Shown one piece after another: positions 11,054-20,689 of a stretch of DNA of 64,000 nucleotides (position 1 is the first letter of the stretch; the number at the start of each line of letters is the position of its first letter). Origin of the DNA: Chthoniobacterales bacterium (lineage in GTDB: Bacteria > Verrucomicrobiota > Verrucomicrobiia > Chthoniobacterales > JACTMZ01). Location of the stretch: NCBI GenBank assembly GCA_044359955.1, contig JBIKLF010000014.1:41-64040 (forward strand). The letters run 5' to 3'. Both the position numbers and the translations under genes were made by a program. The notes below the pieces were generated by a model. The model was not told the DNA's origin and did not search any database. It saw nothing but the letters and a program-made list of their open reading frames with translations.

Positions 11054-12457
11054 ATGCGCAAAACAAAAATTATCTGCACTCTCGGCCCGGCCACGGACTC
11101 GCCCGAGGTGCTCGCCCGCCTCATCGCCGCCGGCGCCAATGTCTTCCGGCTGAACATGAGCCACGGCACCCACGAGTGGGTCCGCACGGTGGTCCCGCGC
11201 ATCCGCGAGGTGGCGCGCCAGACTTCGGCCAATATCGCCATCATGATGGACACCCAAGGTCCCGCCATCCGCACCGGGGACGTGGCGACCAACCTCGACC
11301 TCCATCCCGGCGACAAAGTCGAGTTCACGGTCCGCGGGGCCAAGAGCGAGGAGCACTATTCGGTGGACGTGAACTACGATGGCCTGATTGACGACATTCA
11401 GGAAGGCGATGTCGTCATGGTGGACAACGGCAATATCCACATGAAGGTTCTGACCAAAAAGGAGAACCGCGTGCAGTGCGAGGTCCTCACCCGGGGTGTG
11501 CTCGGCTCGCGCCGCCACATCAATTTGCCGGGAGTGAAAGTCAATCTCCCGCCCATGACGGAAAAGGACCTCAAAGACATCGTGGTCGGGGTGGAAATGG
11601 AGGTGGATTATTTCGCCCTGAGTTTTTGCCGCGAGCGGTCCGACGTCGACGCGATGCAGGCCGAGTTGCGGCGCCTCGGGAGCGACGCGCATATCATCGC
11701 CAAGATCGAGGACCAGCATGCGGTCAAGCACGTCAAAGAGATCATCGAGGCGGCGGACGCCGTCATGGTGGCCCGCGGCGACCTCGGGATCGAATGCCCG
11801 ATGGAAGAACTTCCCATCATCCAGCGCCGCATCGTCAAGGCCTGCCTGCAGGTCGGCAAGCCGGTCATCGTGGCCACCCACATGCTCGAGTCGATGATCA
11901 CCAATCCGCTGCCAACCCGCGCGGAGATAACCGACGTGGCCAATGCGGTCTATGAACAGGCGGACGCCATCATGCTGAGCGGCGAGACCAGCGTGGGCAA
12001 ATATCCGGTGCAATGCGTGGAAACCTTTGACCGCGTGGCCCGGCGCATCGAGCGCAGCGGCGGTGCCGGTTACGCGGGCGAAGCCGTCATCGATGGGCCG
12101 CGGCAGAAGACCGTGGCGGCGGCGGTCTCGTTGGCCAACAGCTTCCCCCACGCGAAGATGGTCGTGTTCACCTTCCACGGTTCCATGGCGCTCTATGTCT
12201 CCCACTTGCGCCCGCTGCACGCCCCCATCTTCGCCTTCAGCCCGGACGAGCGGGTCTGCCGCCGCCTCGCCTTGCTCTACGGTGTGCAGGCCCACCGGTT
12301 GGGATTCGTGGCCGAGCCGGACAAAAACGTTTTCGCCGCCGAGACAGCACTCCTGCTCAAAGGCCTCGCCGAATCCGGCGACCACTTGGTGGTCGTGACC
12401 GACATTCTCGACGGCGATCGCAGGCATGAGTCGGTGCAACTGCGCATCGTGCCGTGA
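11054..12457 (+). CDS. pyk: Pyruvate kinase
   Basis: 467 aa. [41 protein letters not shown]. Confidence 0.97.
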   Translation: MRKTKIICTLGPATDSPEVLARLIAAGANVFRLNMSHGTHEWVRTVVPRIREVARQTSANIAIMMDTQGPAIRTGDVATNLDLHPGDKVEFTVRGAKSEEHYSVDVNYDGLIDDIQEGDVVMVDNGNIHMKVLTKKENRVQCEVLTRGVLGSRRHINLPGVKVNLPPMTEKDLKDIVVGVEMEVDYFALSFCRERSDVDAMQAELRRLGSDAHIIAKIEDQHAVKHVKEIIEAADAVMVARGDLGIECPMEELPIIQRRIVKACLQVGKPVIVATHMLESMITNPLPTRAEITDVANAVYEQADAIMLSGETSVGKYPVQCVETFDRVARRIERSGGAGYAGEAVIDGPRQKTVAAAVSLANSFPHAKMVVFTFHGSMALYVSHLRPLHAPIFAFSPDERVCRRLALLYGVQAHRLGFVAEPDKNVFAAETALLLKGLAESGDHLVVVTDILDGDRRHESVQLRIVP

Positions 12458-12582
12458 AAGCCGAGGGTCGCAACGACCGGCGGCGGACGTCGACCGGATC
12501 GCCACGGCGGCAAAACTAACCGGGCCCGTCAGGAAAACCCGACAGGCCCGGCCCCACCAAATCCTGACGTTGACCCCGCCGG

Positions 12583-13428
12583 TTACGCCGGCTGCGGCTC
12601 GGGAAACTTCAGTTCCTCGCGCTTGCGCAGCGCTTTGCGCATCTTGAGCAGGGCCATGTTTTGCAGCTGGCGGATACGCTCGCGGGTCACGCCGAATTTT
12701 TGTCCCACCTCCTCCAGAGTGCGCTCCCGACCGCCGCTCAGACCGAACCGGAAGGCGATGATCCTGCGCTCACGCGGATCGAGGATATCAAGCAAGTCGC
12801 CGACCTCGTCGCGCAGATCTTTGTCACGCAGGGCCTCGAAGGGATCTTCGGCCCGGTCGTCGCCGACCAGATCGCCAAAGGCCGTATCGTCATCCGCACT
12901 GATCTTCGCGTCGAGCGAGGCCGGGCGGATCGCCACACTTTTCAGGTGGGCCACTTTGGCGATCGGCAAACCGAGTTCCTCGGCCAATTCCTCGGTGGTC
13001 GGCTCATGACCGAGTTCCTCGGTCATCTGCGCGGCCACGCGACGGATCTTGCCGATTTTGTCCACGAGGTGAACGGGCAGGCGGATCGTCTTGCTCTGGT
13101 TGGCCAGGGCGCGCTTGATCGACTGCTTGATCCACCAGGAAGCGTAAGTGCTGAGCTTGCCGCCTTTTTTCGGGTCGAAACGCTCGACCGCTTTCATCAA
13201 GCCGATGTTGCCCTCGGAAATGAGGTCCAGCAGGGGAAGGCCGTAGCTGCCGAAGTCATGGGCAATCTTCACCACAAGGCGGAGATTGGCCGTGATCATT
13301 TTCTCGCGAGCCTTCTTGTTGCCACGCTTGATCTGTCCCGCCAGCTTGACCTCCTCTTGGGGGGTCAACAGGGGCACTTGACTGATCTCGCGCAGGTAGA
13401 GACCGACATTGTTGTCAGGGGATTCCAT
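12583..13428 (-). CDS. RNA polymerase sigma-70 family factor (RpoD/RpoS-like regions 1.2-4, no region 1.1)
   Basis: 281 aa. LYLREISQVPLLTPQEE, ANLRLVVKIA, EGNIGLMKAVERFD, STYASWWIKQSI, and the region 4 HTH LEEVGQKFGVTRERIRQL. Confidence 0.93.
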   Translation of the reverse strand: MESPDNNVGLYLREISQVPLLTPQEEVKLAGQIKRGNKKAREKMITANLRLVVKIAHDFGSYGLPLLDLISEGNIGLMKAVERFDPKKGGKLSTYASWWIKQSIKRALANQSKTIRLPVHLVDKIGKIRRVAAQMTEELGHEPTTEELAEELGLPIAKVAHLKSVAIRPASLDAKISADDDTAFGDLVGDDRAEDPFEALRDKDLRDEVGDLLDILDPRERRIIAFRFGLSGGRERTLEEVGQKFGVTRERIRQLQNMALLKMRKALRKREELKFPEPQPA

Positions 13429-13693
13429 GGTGTTGGGTGGCTGGTTAAGTTTTGTCCGACGCTAATTCAGACACCCATTCCAAACGATCGTTCAATTTAA
13501 TTTGCCTCGGCAAATATCGCTGCGGGGTCGGACAGCGCCGCCACGTGTCACCCGTAAGTTTTCGCCCTCCAACCCGCCAACGGATGCCCCTGCCGCGGCA
13601 CCCGGCGGCATCCCTGTCGACAGTTCCCCCGTCATCGCCTCGCGCCGGGACGGCGCGATCCACCTCAACAACCAACGGAAAGCCGCACCGCCC

Positions 13694-15229
13694 TCACATC
13701 ATGACCGAGCGGTCGAGGCTGCGGTATTGCAGGGCTTCAAGGAGGTGGTCCTCACCAATGCTCTCCGCTTCCGCCAAATCCGCAATCGTGCGGGAGACTT
13801 TAAGGATGCGGTCATGGGCCCGCGCGCTGAGATGGAGATCCTCCATGGCATGCTTGAGCAAGGCATGGCAGCCGGCGGAAATCTGGCAGAACTCGCGCAT
13901 GTGGCGGGGTTGCATGCGCGCATTCAAGGCCGGTTTCAACGTGTCGCCGAAGCACGCAGCCTGCCGCGCGCGGACCTTGGCCATGCGTGCCCGGATGGCG
14001 GCGGAGGATTCTTCCGGGGCACGGGAGGTCAGTTCGTCATATTCCACCGGAGGCGCCTCGATGTGGATATCGATGCGGTCGAGCAATGGTCCGGAAACCC
14101 GCTGCCGGTAGCGTTCGATTTGTCCCTGCGGACAGCGGCACTCGCGCTTCGGGTGGCCGTAATAGCCGCACGGACAAGGGTTCATCGCCGCGACGAGCAT
14201 GATGTCCGCCGGAAAAGTCATGGTGCCGGCGGCACGGGAAATGACGGCACAGCGGTCTTCGAGCGGCTGACGCAGAACTTCCAAGGTGCCCCGGCGGAAC
14301 TCCGGCAACTCGTCCAGGAAGAGGACGCCATGATGTGCGAGGCTGACCTCGCCGGGAGACGGATTGGTCGATCCGCCGAGCAGACCCACATCGGAAATGG
14401 TGTGGTGCGGCGACCGGAACGGACGGATCGCGATAAAATTGTGCTTCCCCGCCAGGAGTCCGCAGACACTGTGGATCTTGGTGGTTTCGGTGGCCTCTTC
14501 CAGGGTCATCGCCGGCATGATGGTCGGAATGCGCTTGGCCAGCATGCTCTTGCCGGCGCCGGGCGAGCCCAGGACCAACAGGTTGTGTCCGCCCGCCACC
14601 GCCACCTCGAGGGCGCGCTTCACGGCGGCCTGACCCTTCACGTCGGCAAAATCCACGTCGAACTGCTGGTTGCGGTGGAAGACGGTGTCCAAGTCCGAGA
14701 CCGTCGCGGGAATTTTCCGCTGGCCTTCGAGAAACTCGAAACACTCGCGAAGATTGCGCACGCCGTGGACGGAGAGGCCTTGGACGACGGAGGCTTCGTC
14801 CGCATTTTCCGCCGGAACAATGAGCACAGGTTTGCCGCGGCGGCGGGCTTCGAGAGCGATGGGCAGCACGCCTTTGATCGAGCGTACGCCTCCATCCAAC
14901 GCCAGTTCGCCGGCCATGCAGCAATCGGCCAAGCGCGGCAGGTCACGCCCATGCACAATGGCCAGCATGCCAATGGCGATGGGAAGATCGAAACTCGGGC
15001 CCTCTTTTTTGATGTCGGCGGGCGCCAGGTTGATCGTGGTGCGTCCGCGGGGCCAGCGGTAGCCGCTATTGGCCATGGCGGTGGTCACGCGGTCCTTGCT
15101 CTCCTTCACCGCGGCATCGGGCAGACCGACGATAATGACCTTGGGGTCACCCCTCCCCTCGTTAACCTCGATCTCGACCTCCTGCGCGTCGGCGCCGTGG
15201 AGGGCGGCGGAGTAGACCTTGGTCAGCAT
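13694..15229 (-). CDS. comM: Mg-chelatase-like AAA+ protein ComM/YifB
   Basis: ORF 13694..15304, start set at Met26 ([10 protein letters not shown], the typical family start). Walker [26 protein letters not shown], and a C-terminal ChlI-like domain. Confidence 0.93.
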   Translation of the reverse strand: MLTKVYSAALHGADAQEVEIEVNEGRGDPKVIIVGLPDAAVKESKDRVTTAMANSGYRWPRGRTTINLAPADIKKEGPSFDLPIAIGMLAIVHGRDLPRLADCCMAGELALDGGVRSIKGVLPIALEARRRGKPVLIVPAENADEASVVQGLSVHGVRNLRECFEFLEGQRKIPATVSDLDTVFHRNQQFDVDFADVKGQAAVKRALEVAVAGGHNLLVLGSPGAGKSMLAKRIPTIMPAMTLEEATETTKIHSVCGLLAGKHNFIAIRPFRSPHHTISDVGLLGGSTNPSPGEVSLAHHGVLFLDELPEFRRGTLEVLRQPLEDRCAVISRAAGTMTFPADIMLVAAMNPCPCGYYGHPKRECRCPQGQIERYRQRVSGPLLDRIDIHIEAPPVEYDELTSRAPEESSAAIRARMAKVRARQAACFGDTLKPALNARMQPRHMREFCQISAGCHALLKHAMEDLHLSARAHDRILKVSRTIADLAEAESIGEDHLLEALQYRSLDRSVMM

Positions 15230-15574
15230 CGGGCGGATAGTTGCACGGGTGCGGCCAGATGGAAGCCGTAAGTTGGTTGCACATCCGCCGAAGAGGCATG
15301 CCAATTGCCTCTGGTTCGCCTTGTCCGCTTATGCTGTGTTTGTCTATTGCTTATGAGCCGTAACGATGCCGAAGCCGCGGCCGTGGACGGGCTGGTGCAG
15401 CAGGAAATATGTTTCAACTTTCGTCATATAAAACCATCACAACTGCGCTCACGCAGTCCATTTTTCCGGGGGAAGATCAGGTCGCCGACGGCGACCAACA
15501 GATACGACCGCCGCATCCGTTCCCCTCCCTCAAACTCAAGTCTCCAACGCATCCCTCTCTGCGCCCCGCCCTCC

Positions 15575-16207
15575 TCACTCTTGTCCCGCAACCAGCACAC
15601 CCTTCAACACCGGCCACACCGTCTCCGCAATCCGCCGTTGACCCTCCGCCGTGGGATGAATCAAATCCGGTTGATTCATCCCCGGATCACCCGCCACTCC
15701 CTCGAGCAAAAACGGCAACAACACCGCACCGTGCGCTTGCGCCACCTTGCCGAACGCCGCCGCAAAGGACTCCACATAGTCCTGCCCCATACTGCCGGGC
15801 ATCTGCATGCCGGCCACCATGATTTTCACCGCCGGATTCGCCGCGCGCGCCTTCGCCATGATGGCCGCCAGATTTTCCTCCACTTGCGCGACCGGCAAAC
15901 CGCGTAATCCGTCATTACCGCCCAGCGCAATGACCATCACCTCCGCCGCCCCCTCGCCCAGCACCAGATCGACCCGCCGCCGTCCCCCCGCTGTCGTATC
16001 CCCGCTCAGGCCGGCATTGACCACGATGTAATCAAGCCCCGCAGCCTTGATTTTCTCCTGCAGCAACGCAGGGTAAGCCTCTTCTGGTTCCAGATTGTAA
16101 CCGGACGTGATGCTGTCACCGAGAATGACCACACGGCCCGGCTCGCCGGCCGCCGCCCCTGCCGCCACAACCGCACCGAACAACAAAACGTAAAGACTTC
16201 CGCGCAT
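15575..16207 (-). CDS. tesA: SGNH/GDSL arylesterase-thioesterase (TesA-like) with signal peptide
   Basis: This is the C-terminal 210 codons of track ORF 15575..17203. MRGSLYVLLFGAVVAAGAAA is followed by ILGDSITSGY (GDS block), GGNDG and DLIHP. It is divergent from an ybbA-like gene, as in E. coli. Confidence 0.88.
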   Translation of the reverse strand: MRGSLYVLLFGAVVAAGAAAGEPGRVVILGDSITSGYNLEPEEAYPALLQEKIKAAGLDYIVVNAGLSGDTTAGGRRRVDLVLGEGAAEVMVIALGGNDGLRGLPVAQVEENLAAIMAKARAANPAVKIMVAGMQMPGSMGQDYVESFAAAFGKVAQAHGAVLLPFLLEGVAGDPGMNQPDLIHPTAEGQRRIAETVWPVLKGVLVAGQE

Positions 16208-16930
16208 ATGAACTCCCAACAAACCACGGAACCGGCCCCTGCCAAGAGCGAAATGACCGCGCCCATCCTCGCCGTCCGCGGACTCGGCAAGACCTACACC
16301 GCCGCCGGACACCCGCTCACCGTCCTCGCTGACATCAACTTCGACCTCGCCCCGGGCGCGCCCTGCGCCATCGTCGGACCCTCGGGCAGCGGCAAAACCA
16401 CCTTGCTTGGACTCTGCGCCGGCCTCGACCGTCCAACCACCGGCCAGGTCGTCCTCGACGGACACCACCTCGGCGACCTCGACGAAGACGCGCTGGCCGC
16501 CCTGCGCAATGCCACCACTGGTTTTGTTTTCCAAAGCTTCCAACTCCTCCCCTCGCTCACCGCCCTGGAAAATGTCCTCGTGCCGCTCGAGTTGCGCGGC
16601 GTCCGCGGCGCGCAAGCCACCGCCCTCGACAACCTCGCCCGCGTCGGCCTCGGCGACCGCACCGACCACTACCCGAACCAACTCTCCGGCGGCGAACAAC
16701 AGCGCGTCGCTTTGGCCCGCGCCTTCGTCCACCGCCCGAAAATCCTCTTCGCCGACGAACCAACCGGCAACCTCGACGACGAAACGAGCGGACCCATCGT
16801 CGATATGCTCTTCGATCTCAACGCCACCGCCGGCACCGCACTCGTGCTCGTGACCCACGATCCCGAGCTGGCCCGCCGCGCCGGACGCGTCATCACCATG
16901 CGCGGGGGACGGATTTTGTCCGACGCATGA
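16208..16930 (+). CDS. ybbA: ABC transporter ATP-binding protein (YbbA/LolD-like)
   Basis: Walker A GPSGSGKTT, signature LSGGEQQR, Walker B ILFADEPTGNLD. The start may instead be Met16 at 16253. Confidence 0.93.
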   Translation: MNSQQTTEPAPAKSEMTAPILAVRGLGKTYTAAGHPLTVLADINFDLAPGAPCAIVGPSGSGKTTLLGLCAGLDRPTTGQVVLDGHHLGDLDEDALAALRNATTGFVFQSFQLLPSLTALENVLVPLELRGVRGAQATALDNLARVGLGDRTDHYPNQLSGGEQQRVALARAFVHRPKILFADEPTGNLDDETSGPIVDMLFDLNATAGTALVLVTHDPELARRAGRVITMRGGRILSDA

Positions 16931-19488
16931 AGCCGGCGCTGCCGACCAGCCTACCCCGCCTCCTCGTCCATCCGTGGATCTGGCGCATGGCCTGGCGCGA
17001 TTCGCGGCGCGAACGGCAACGTCTCGCCGTCTTCGCCGCGTCCATCGTCGTCGGCATCGCCGCGCTGGTTTCCATCCACGCCCTGCGCGCCAGCCTCGAG
17101 CGCGGCATTGCGCTGCAAGCCCGCGAACTACTCGGCAGCGACCTGCAAATCTCCGCCCGCCTCCCGTTCGACGAAAAGGCCCGCGCTGCCTTCGCTGCCG
17201 CAAGCACCGCCGCCGATTACGAAACGAACTTCACCACCATGATGACCTTCCCGTCGGGCGAAGCGCGGCTCGTGCAACTGCGCCTGCTTGGCGGACAATT
17301 TCCTTTCTACGGAAAAATCGCCACCCGGCCCGCCGAAGCTTGGCCCGCCCTGCGCGAGCAGACCGCACCCGTGCTCTTTCTCGAGCCCGCCCTCCTTGAT
17401 CAATTCGGCGTGGCCATCGGCGACAGCGTCCGCCTCGGCGAAGCCGATCTGGTCATCAGCGGCACCGTCTTGCAAACCGCCCCGCGCACCGGACGCTTCG
17501 CCGGCTTCGCCCCCGACGTCTATGCCAACCGCGCCGCCCTCGACGCCACCGGATTGCTCGGACGCACCAGCCTCGCCGGCTATCACGCGCATTTGCAACT
17601 GCCCGACGACGCCGAACCGTCCCGCGTGGCCGAACGCCTCAACGCCCTCTTCCCCGACGTCAACTGGGAGATCGAAACCGCCGACAGCCGACGCGACCAG
17701 ATCGGCGAAGTGCTCAACCGCTTCGAACAGTTCCTCTCGCTCATCGCCCTCTTCAGTCTCGTCCTTGGCGCCATCGGCGTGGCCAGCGCCATGCACTCGC
17801 AGATCCGCCGCCGCCGTCAAAGCATCGCCATCCTGCGTTGCCTCGGACTCTCCTCGCGCGGCGCCCTCGCCGTTTATTTCGTGCAGGCCGCCGTCCTCGG
17901 CATCCTCGCCACCGTGGCCGGCGCTTTGCTCGGCGTCGCCCTCCATGCCGGCATCGTCGCCTGGTTCCGCGAAGACCTGCCGGTCGCCCTTGCGTTGCTT
18001 CCTCCGGCCGGCGTCATCCTGCGCACCGCTTCGGTCGGCTTTCTCGCCTGCCTCGGCTTCGCCCTTCTGCCGCTCCTGCAAGTGCGCGACATCCCGCCAC
18101 TCGCCGTCCTGCGCGACAACTTCGGTGGTCTCGGCCGCCTCCGCCTCGTCCTGCGCGCCCTGCCGGTCGGACTTTTTCTTTTCGCCCTGCTCACCCTGCT
18201 TTCGATCCTCGGCAGCACCAGTCTGCAACGCGGCCTCGCCTTCCCGCTCGGACTGGCCGGCGTTTTCCTGCTGCTTCTTCTCGCCGGACAACTTCTCATC
18301 ATCGCCGCCCGCCGCGGCGCCAAAGCCTCGCCCGGCTACCTCACCCGCCAAGGCTTGGCCAACCTCTTCCGTCCGCAAAACCAGACCCTGCTTTTCGTTG
18401 TCTCGCTCGGACTCGGCGTCTGCCTCCTCACCCTCACCGTGCTGGCCCGCGCGCAAGTCCTCCGCCAGATCGCGGTCACCGAATCCGGCGCCGGACCCAA
18501 CCTCTACCTTGTCGATGTGCAACCCGACCAAGCCGATGACGTGCGCGCCCTCCTCACGGAGCGCCAACTCCCCGTGATGGAAAGCGCACCGATGGTCAAC
18601 ATGCGCCTCGTCTCGGTCAACGGCACCGAGGTGCGTCAACTGCGCGACGAAGGCCGCGTGCCCGCGTGGGTCCTGCGCCGCGAATTCCGCTCCAGCTACC
18701 GCACCACCCTCAACGAAACCGAACGCGAGATCGCCGGCCAATGGCCGCCCGCACCGTGGAATCCCAACGCCCCCATCCCGCTTTCGCTCGAGACCGGCAT
18801 GGCCGAAGACCTCAACGTCGGCCTCGGCGACCGTCTCGTCGTCAACATCCAAGGGCGCACCCTCGAAGCCGAAATTGTGCACCTCCGCGAAGTCGATTGG
18901 AGCCGGCTCAACCTCAACTTCTTCATGCTCTTCCCGCCCGGCGTCCTCGAGAACGCCCCCGGCTTTCACGTCATCACCACCCGCCTGCCGCAGGACACCA
19001 CTTCCGGACGCCTCCAAGCCGCCCTCGCGGCGAAATTCCCCAACGTCTCCGCCATCGATCTTTCCCTCATCCTCGAAACCGTGCGCGAACTCCTCGGCCG
19101 CGTCGGCCAAGCCGTGCAAGTGCTCTCCGCATTCACCGTCGTCGCCGGGATTTTCATCATGACCGGTATTTTCCTCAACGGACGCGAACAACGCACCCAC
19201 GATGCCGTCCTCCTCCGCACCCTCGGCGCCTCGACCCGCCAACTGCGCACCATTCTCTGCGTCGAATTCGGCGTCCTCGGCTTCCTCGCCGCCCTCACCG
19301 GCAGCCTCCTCGCCCTCGGCGCGCACGTCCTCATCGCCCGCTTCGCCTTCTCCGCCGAACCAGTCTTCCCGCTTGTTTCCGTTGCCGTCATCCTCCTCGG
19401 CGCCGCCGCTCTCTCGCTGCTCATGGGCGGACTCCTCAGCCGCGGCGTCTGCCACGCCCCGCCACTTTCCATCCTCCGCCGCGAATAG
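16927..19488 (+). CDS. ybbP: ABC transporter permease, duplicated FtsX-like domains (YbbP-like)
   Basis: 853 aa. It overlaps the ybbA stop by 4 nt. There are two blocks of multi-helix FtsX-type permease sequence separated by large loops. Confidence 0.88.
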   Translation: MKPALPTSLPRLLVHPWIWRMAWRDSRRERQRLAVFAASIVVGIAALVSIHALRASLERGIALQARELLGSDLQISARLPFDEKARAAFAAASTAADYETNFTTMMTFPSGEARLVQLRLLGGQFPFYGKIATRPAEAWPALREQTAPVLFLEPALLDQFGVAIGDSVRLGEADLVISGTVLQTAPRTGRFAGFAPDVYANRAALDATGLLGRTSLAGYHAHLQLPDDAEPSRVAERLNALFPDVNWEIETADSRRDQIGEVLNRFEQFLSLIALFSLVLGAIGVASAMHSQIRRRRQSIAILRCLGLSSRGALAVYFVQAAVLGILATVAGALLGVALHAGIVAWFREDLPVALALLPPAGVILRTASVGFLACLGFALLPLLQVRDIPPLAVLRDNFGGLGRLRLVLRALPVGLFLFALLTLLSILGSTSLQRGLAFPLGLAGVFLLLLLAGQLLIIAARRGAKASPGYLTRQGLANLFRPQNQTLLFVVSLGLGVCLLTLTVLARAQVLRQIAVTESGAGPNLYLVDVQPDQADDVRALLTERQLPVMESAPMVNMRLVSVNGTEVRQLRDEGRVPAWVLRREFRSSYRTTLNETEREIAGQWPPAPWNPNAPIPLSLETGMAEDLNVGLGDRLVVNIQGRTLEAEIVHLREVDWSRLNLNFFMLFPPGVLENAPGFHVITTRLPQDTTSGRLQAALAAKFPNVSAIDLSLILETVRELLGRVGQAVQVLSAFTVVAGIFIMTGIFLNGREQRTHDAVLLRTLGASTRQLRTILCVEFGVLGFLAALTGSLLALGAHVLIARFAFSAEPVFPLVSVAVILLGAAALSLLMGGLLSRGVCHAPPLSILRRE

Positions 19489-19489
19489 A

Positions 19490-20659
19490 ATGAACATCCC
19501 CACGCAATGTCCTTTCAGCGGTCGGCACCTCCCGCCCGACGACTCCCCGCTGCTGGCTGACGAATCCGGCCACCCCGCCGATCCGGTCGGGGCCGCGCAC
19601 GCGTTCCTCGATCAATTCGCGCAGGAAAACGGCACCGACCCGGATCCCACCCGCCGCCGCGAAGTCGCCGACGAAATCCGCCGCCACGGCTTCTACCACC
19701 AAACACCCGCCGAACTCTCGTTCGCCTGCCGCCTTGCCTGGCGCAACAACCGACGCTGCATCGGCCGACGCTTTTGGGAATCGCTCGAAGTGGTCGACGC
19801 GCGCGAAGTCACCACGGCCGAAGGCATTTTCGAAGCGTGCGTCGCCCACCTCCGCCGCTCGACCAATGGCGGACGTATCCAGCCGCTCATCACCGTCTTC
19901 GCCCCCTCGGGCCTTGGCACACCAAGCCCGCGCATCCACAATTACCAACTCATCCGCTACGCCGGTTACCGCGCCGCCGACGGCACCGTGCTGGGGGATC
20001 CCGCCGAGACCAACTTCACCGCGCGCCTCATCGAAGCCGGTTGGACCCCGCCAACCACGCGCTCCGCCTTCGACATCCTCCCGCTCCTCATCGAAACCCC
20101 CGGCGAAAAACCACGCTTCTTCCCCGTGCCGCCGGATGCGGTGCTCGAAGTCCCCATCACCCATCCGACTCTGCCGTGGTTCGCCGATCTCGGCCTCAAA
20201 TGGCACGCACTCCCCGCCGTCAGCAACATGACCCTGGAGTCCGGCGGCGTGCGCTACACCGCAGCACCGTTCAGCGGCTACTACATGGTCACCGAGATTG
20301 CCGCCCGCAATTTTGGCGACACGCATCGATACAACTTGCTCCCCGCCGTGGCCGACCGCCTCGACCCGCAACTCCGCGCGCACGACCCGTTCTGGCGCGA
20401 CCGCGCCCTCGTCGAACTCACCGCCGCCGTGCTCCACTCGTTTCGCCGCGCCGGCGTCACCATGGTCGACCACCACACCGCGTCGCGCCAATTCATGGAC
20501 CACCTCGAAAAAGAAAAAGCCGCCGGCCGCCGCGTGCCCGGTGATTGGTCCTGGCTCGTGCCACCCATCTCCGGCTCTGCCAGCCCCGTCTTCCACCGCG
20601 CCTACGACCCGCGCCGCCGCTTGCCGGATTTTGCCTCGGAAGCACGGAGGAATGGATAG
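19490..20659 (+). CDS. nos: Bacterial nitric-oxide synthase, oxygenase domain only
   Basis: Track ORF 19202..20659, with the real start at Met97 (MNIPTQ, 19490), 1 nt after the ybbP stop. Heme-thiolate motif WRNNRRCIGRRFW, NYQLIRYAGY, WHALPAVSNM, YYMVTEIAARNFGD..RYN, GDWSWLVPPISGSASPVFH. These are colinear with Bacillus/Deinococcus bNOS as I remember them. Confidence 0.9.
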   Translation: MNIPTQCPFSGRHLPPDDSPLLADESGHPADPVGAAHAFLDQFAQENGTDPDPTRRREVADEIRRHGFYHQTPAELSFACRLAWRNNRRCIGRRFWESLEVVDAREVTTAEGIFEACVAHLRRSTNGGRIQPLITVFAPSGLGTPSPRIHNYQLIRYAGYRAADGTVLGDPAETNFTARLIEAGWTPPTTRSAFDILPLLIETPGEKPRFFPVPPDAVLEVPITHPTLPWFADLGLKWHALPAVSNMTLESGGVRYTAAPFSGYYMVTEIAARNFGDTHRYNLLPAVADRLDPQLRAHDPFWRDRALVELTAAVLHSFRRAGVTMVDHHTASRQFMDHLEKEKAAGRRVPGDWSWLVPPISGSASPVFHRAYDPRRRLPDFASEARRNG

Positions 20660-20689
20660 AGGTTGCCATCGACGAGCCGAACCGCCTCC

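Noticed and set aside
8746-11391. 881-aa ORF on the plus strand
   Set aside because: It is antisense to the well-supported acnA gene. The composition is Arg/Gly/His-rich and low-complexity, typical of shadow ORFs in high-GC DNA, and there are no family motifs.
16208-17203. N-terminal 330 codons of track ORF 15575..17203 (would make a 542-aa TesA)
   Set aside because: It runs antisense through the ybbA ATPase gene. The signal peptide and GDS motif start right after Met at 16207.
17128-19503. 791-aa ORF on the minus strand, and the 10583..12505 (640 aa), 220..1398 (392 aa), 5396..7012 (538 aa) and 49962..51980 (672 aa) ORFs
   Set aside because: All lie opposite strongly supported genes (ybbP, pyk/acnA, the transposase, lepA, uvrB) and have the Gly/Glu/Ala/Asp/Arg-rich look of antisense frames.
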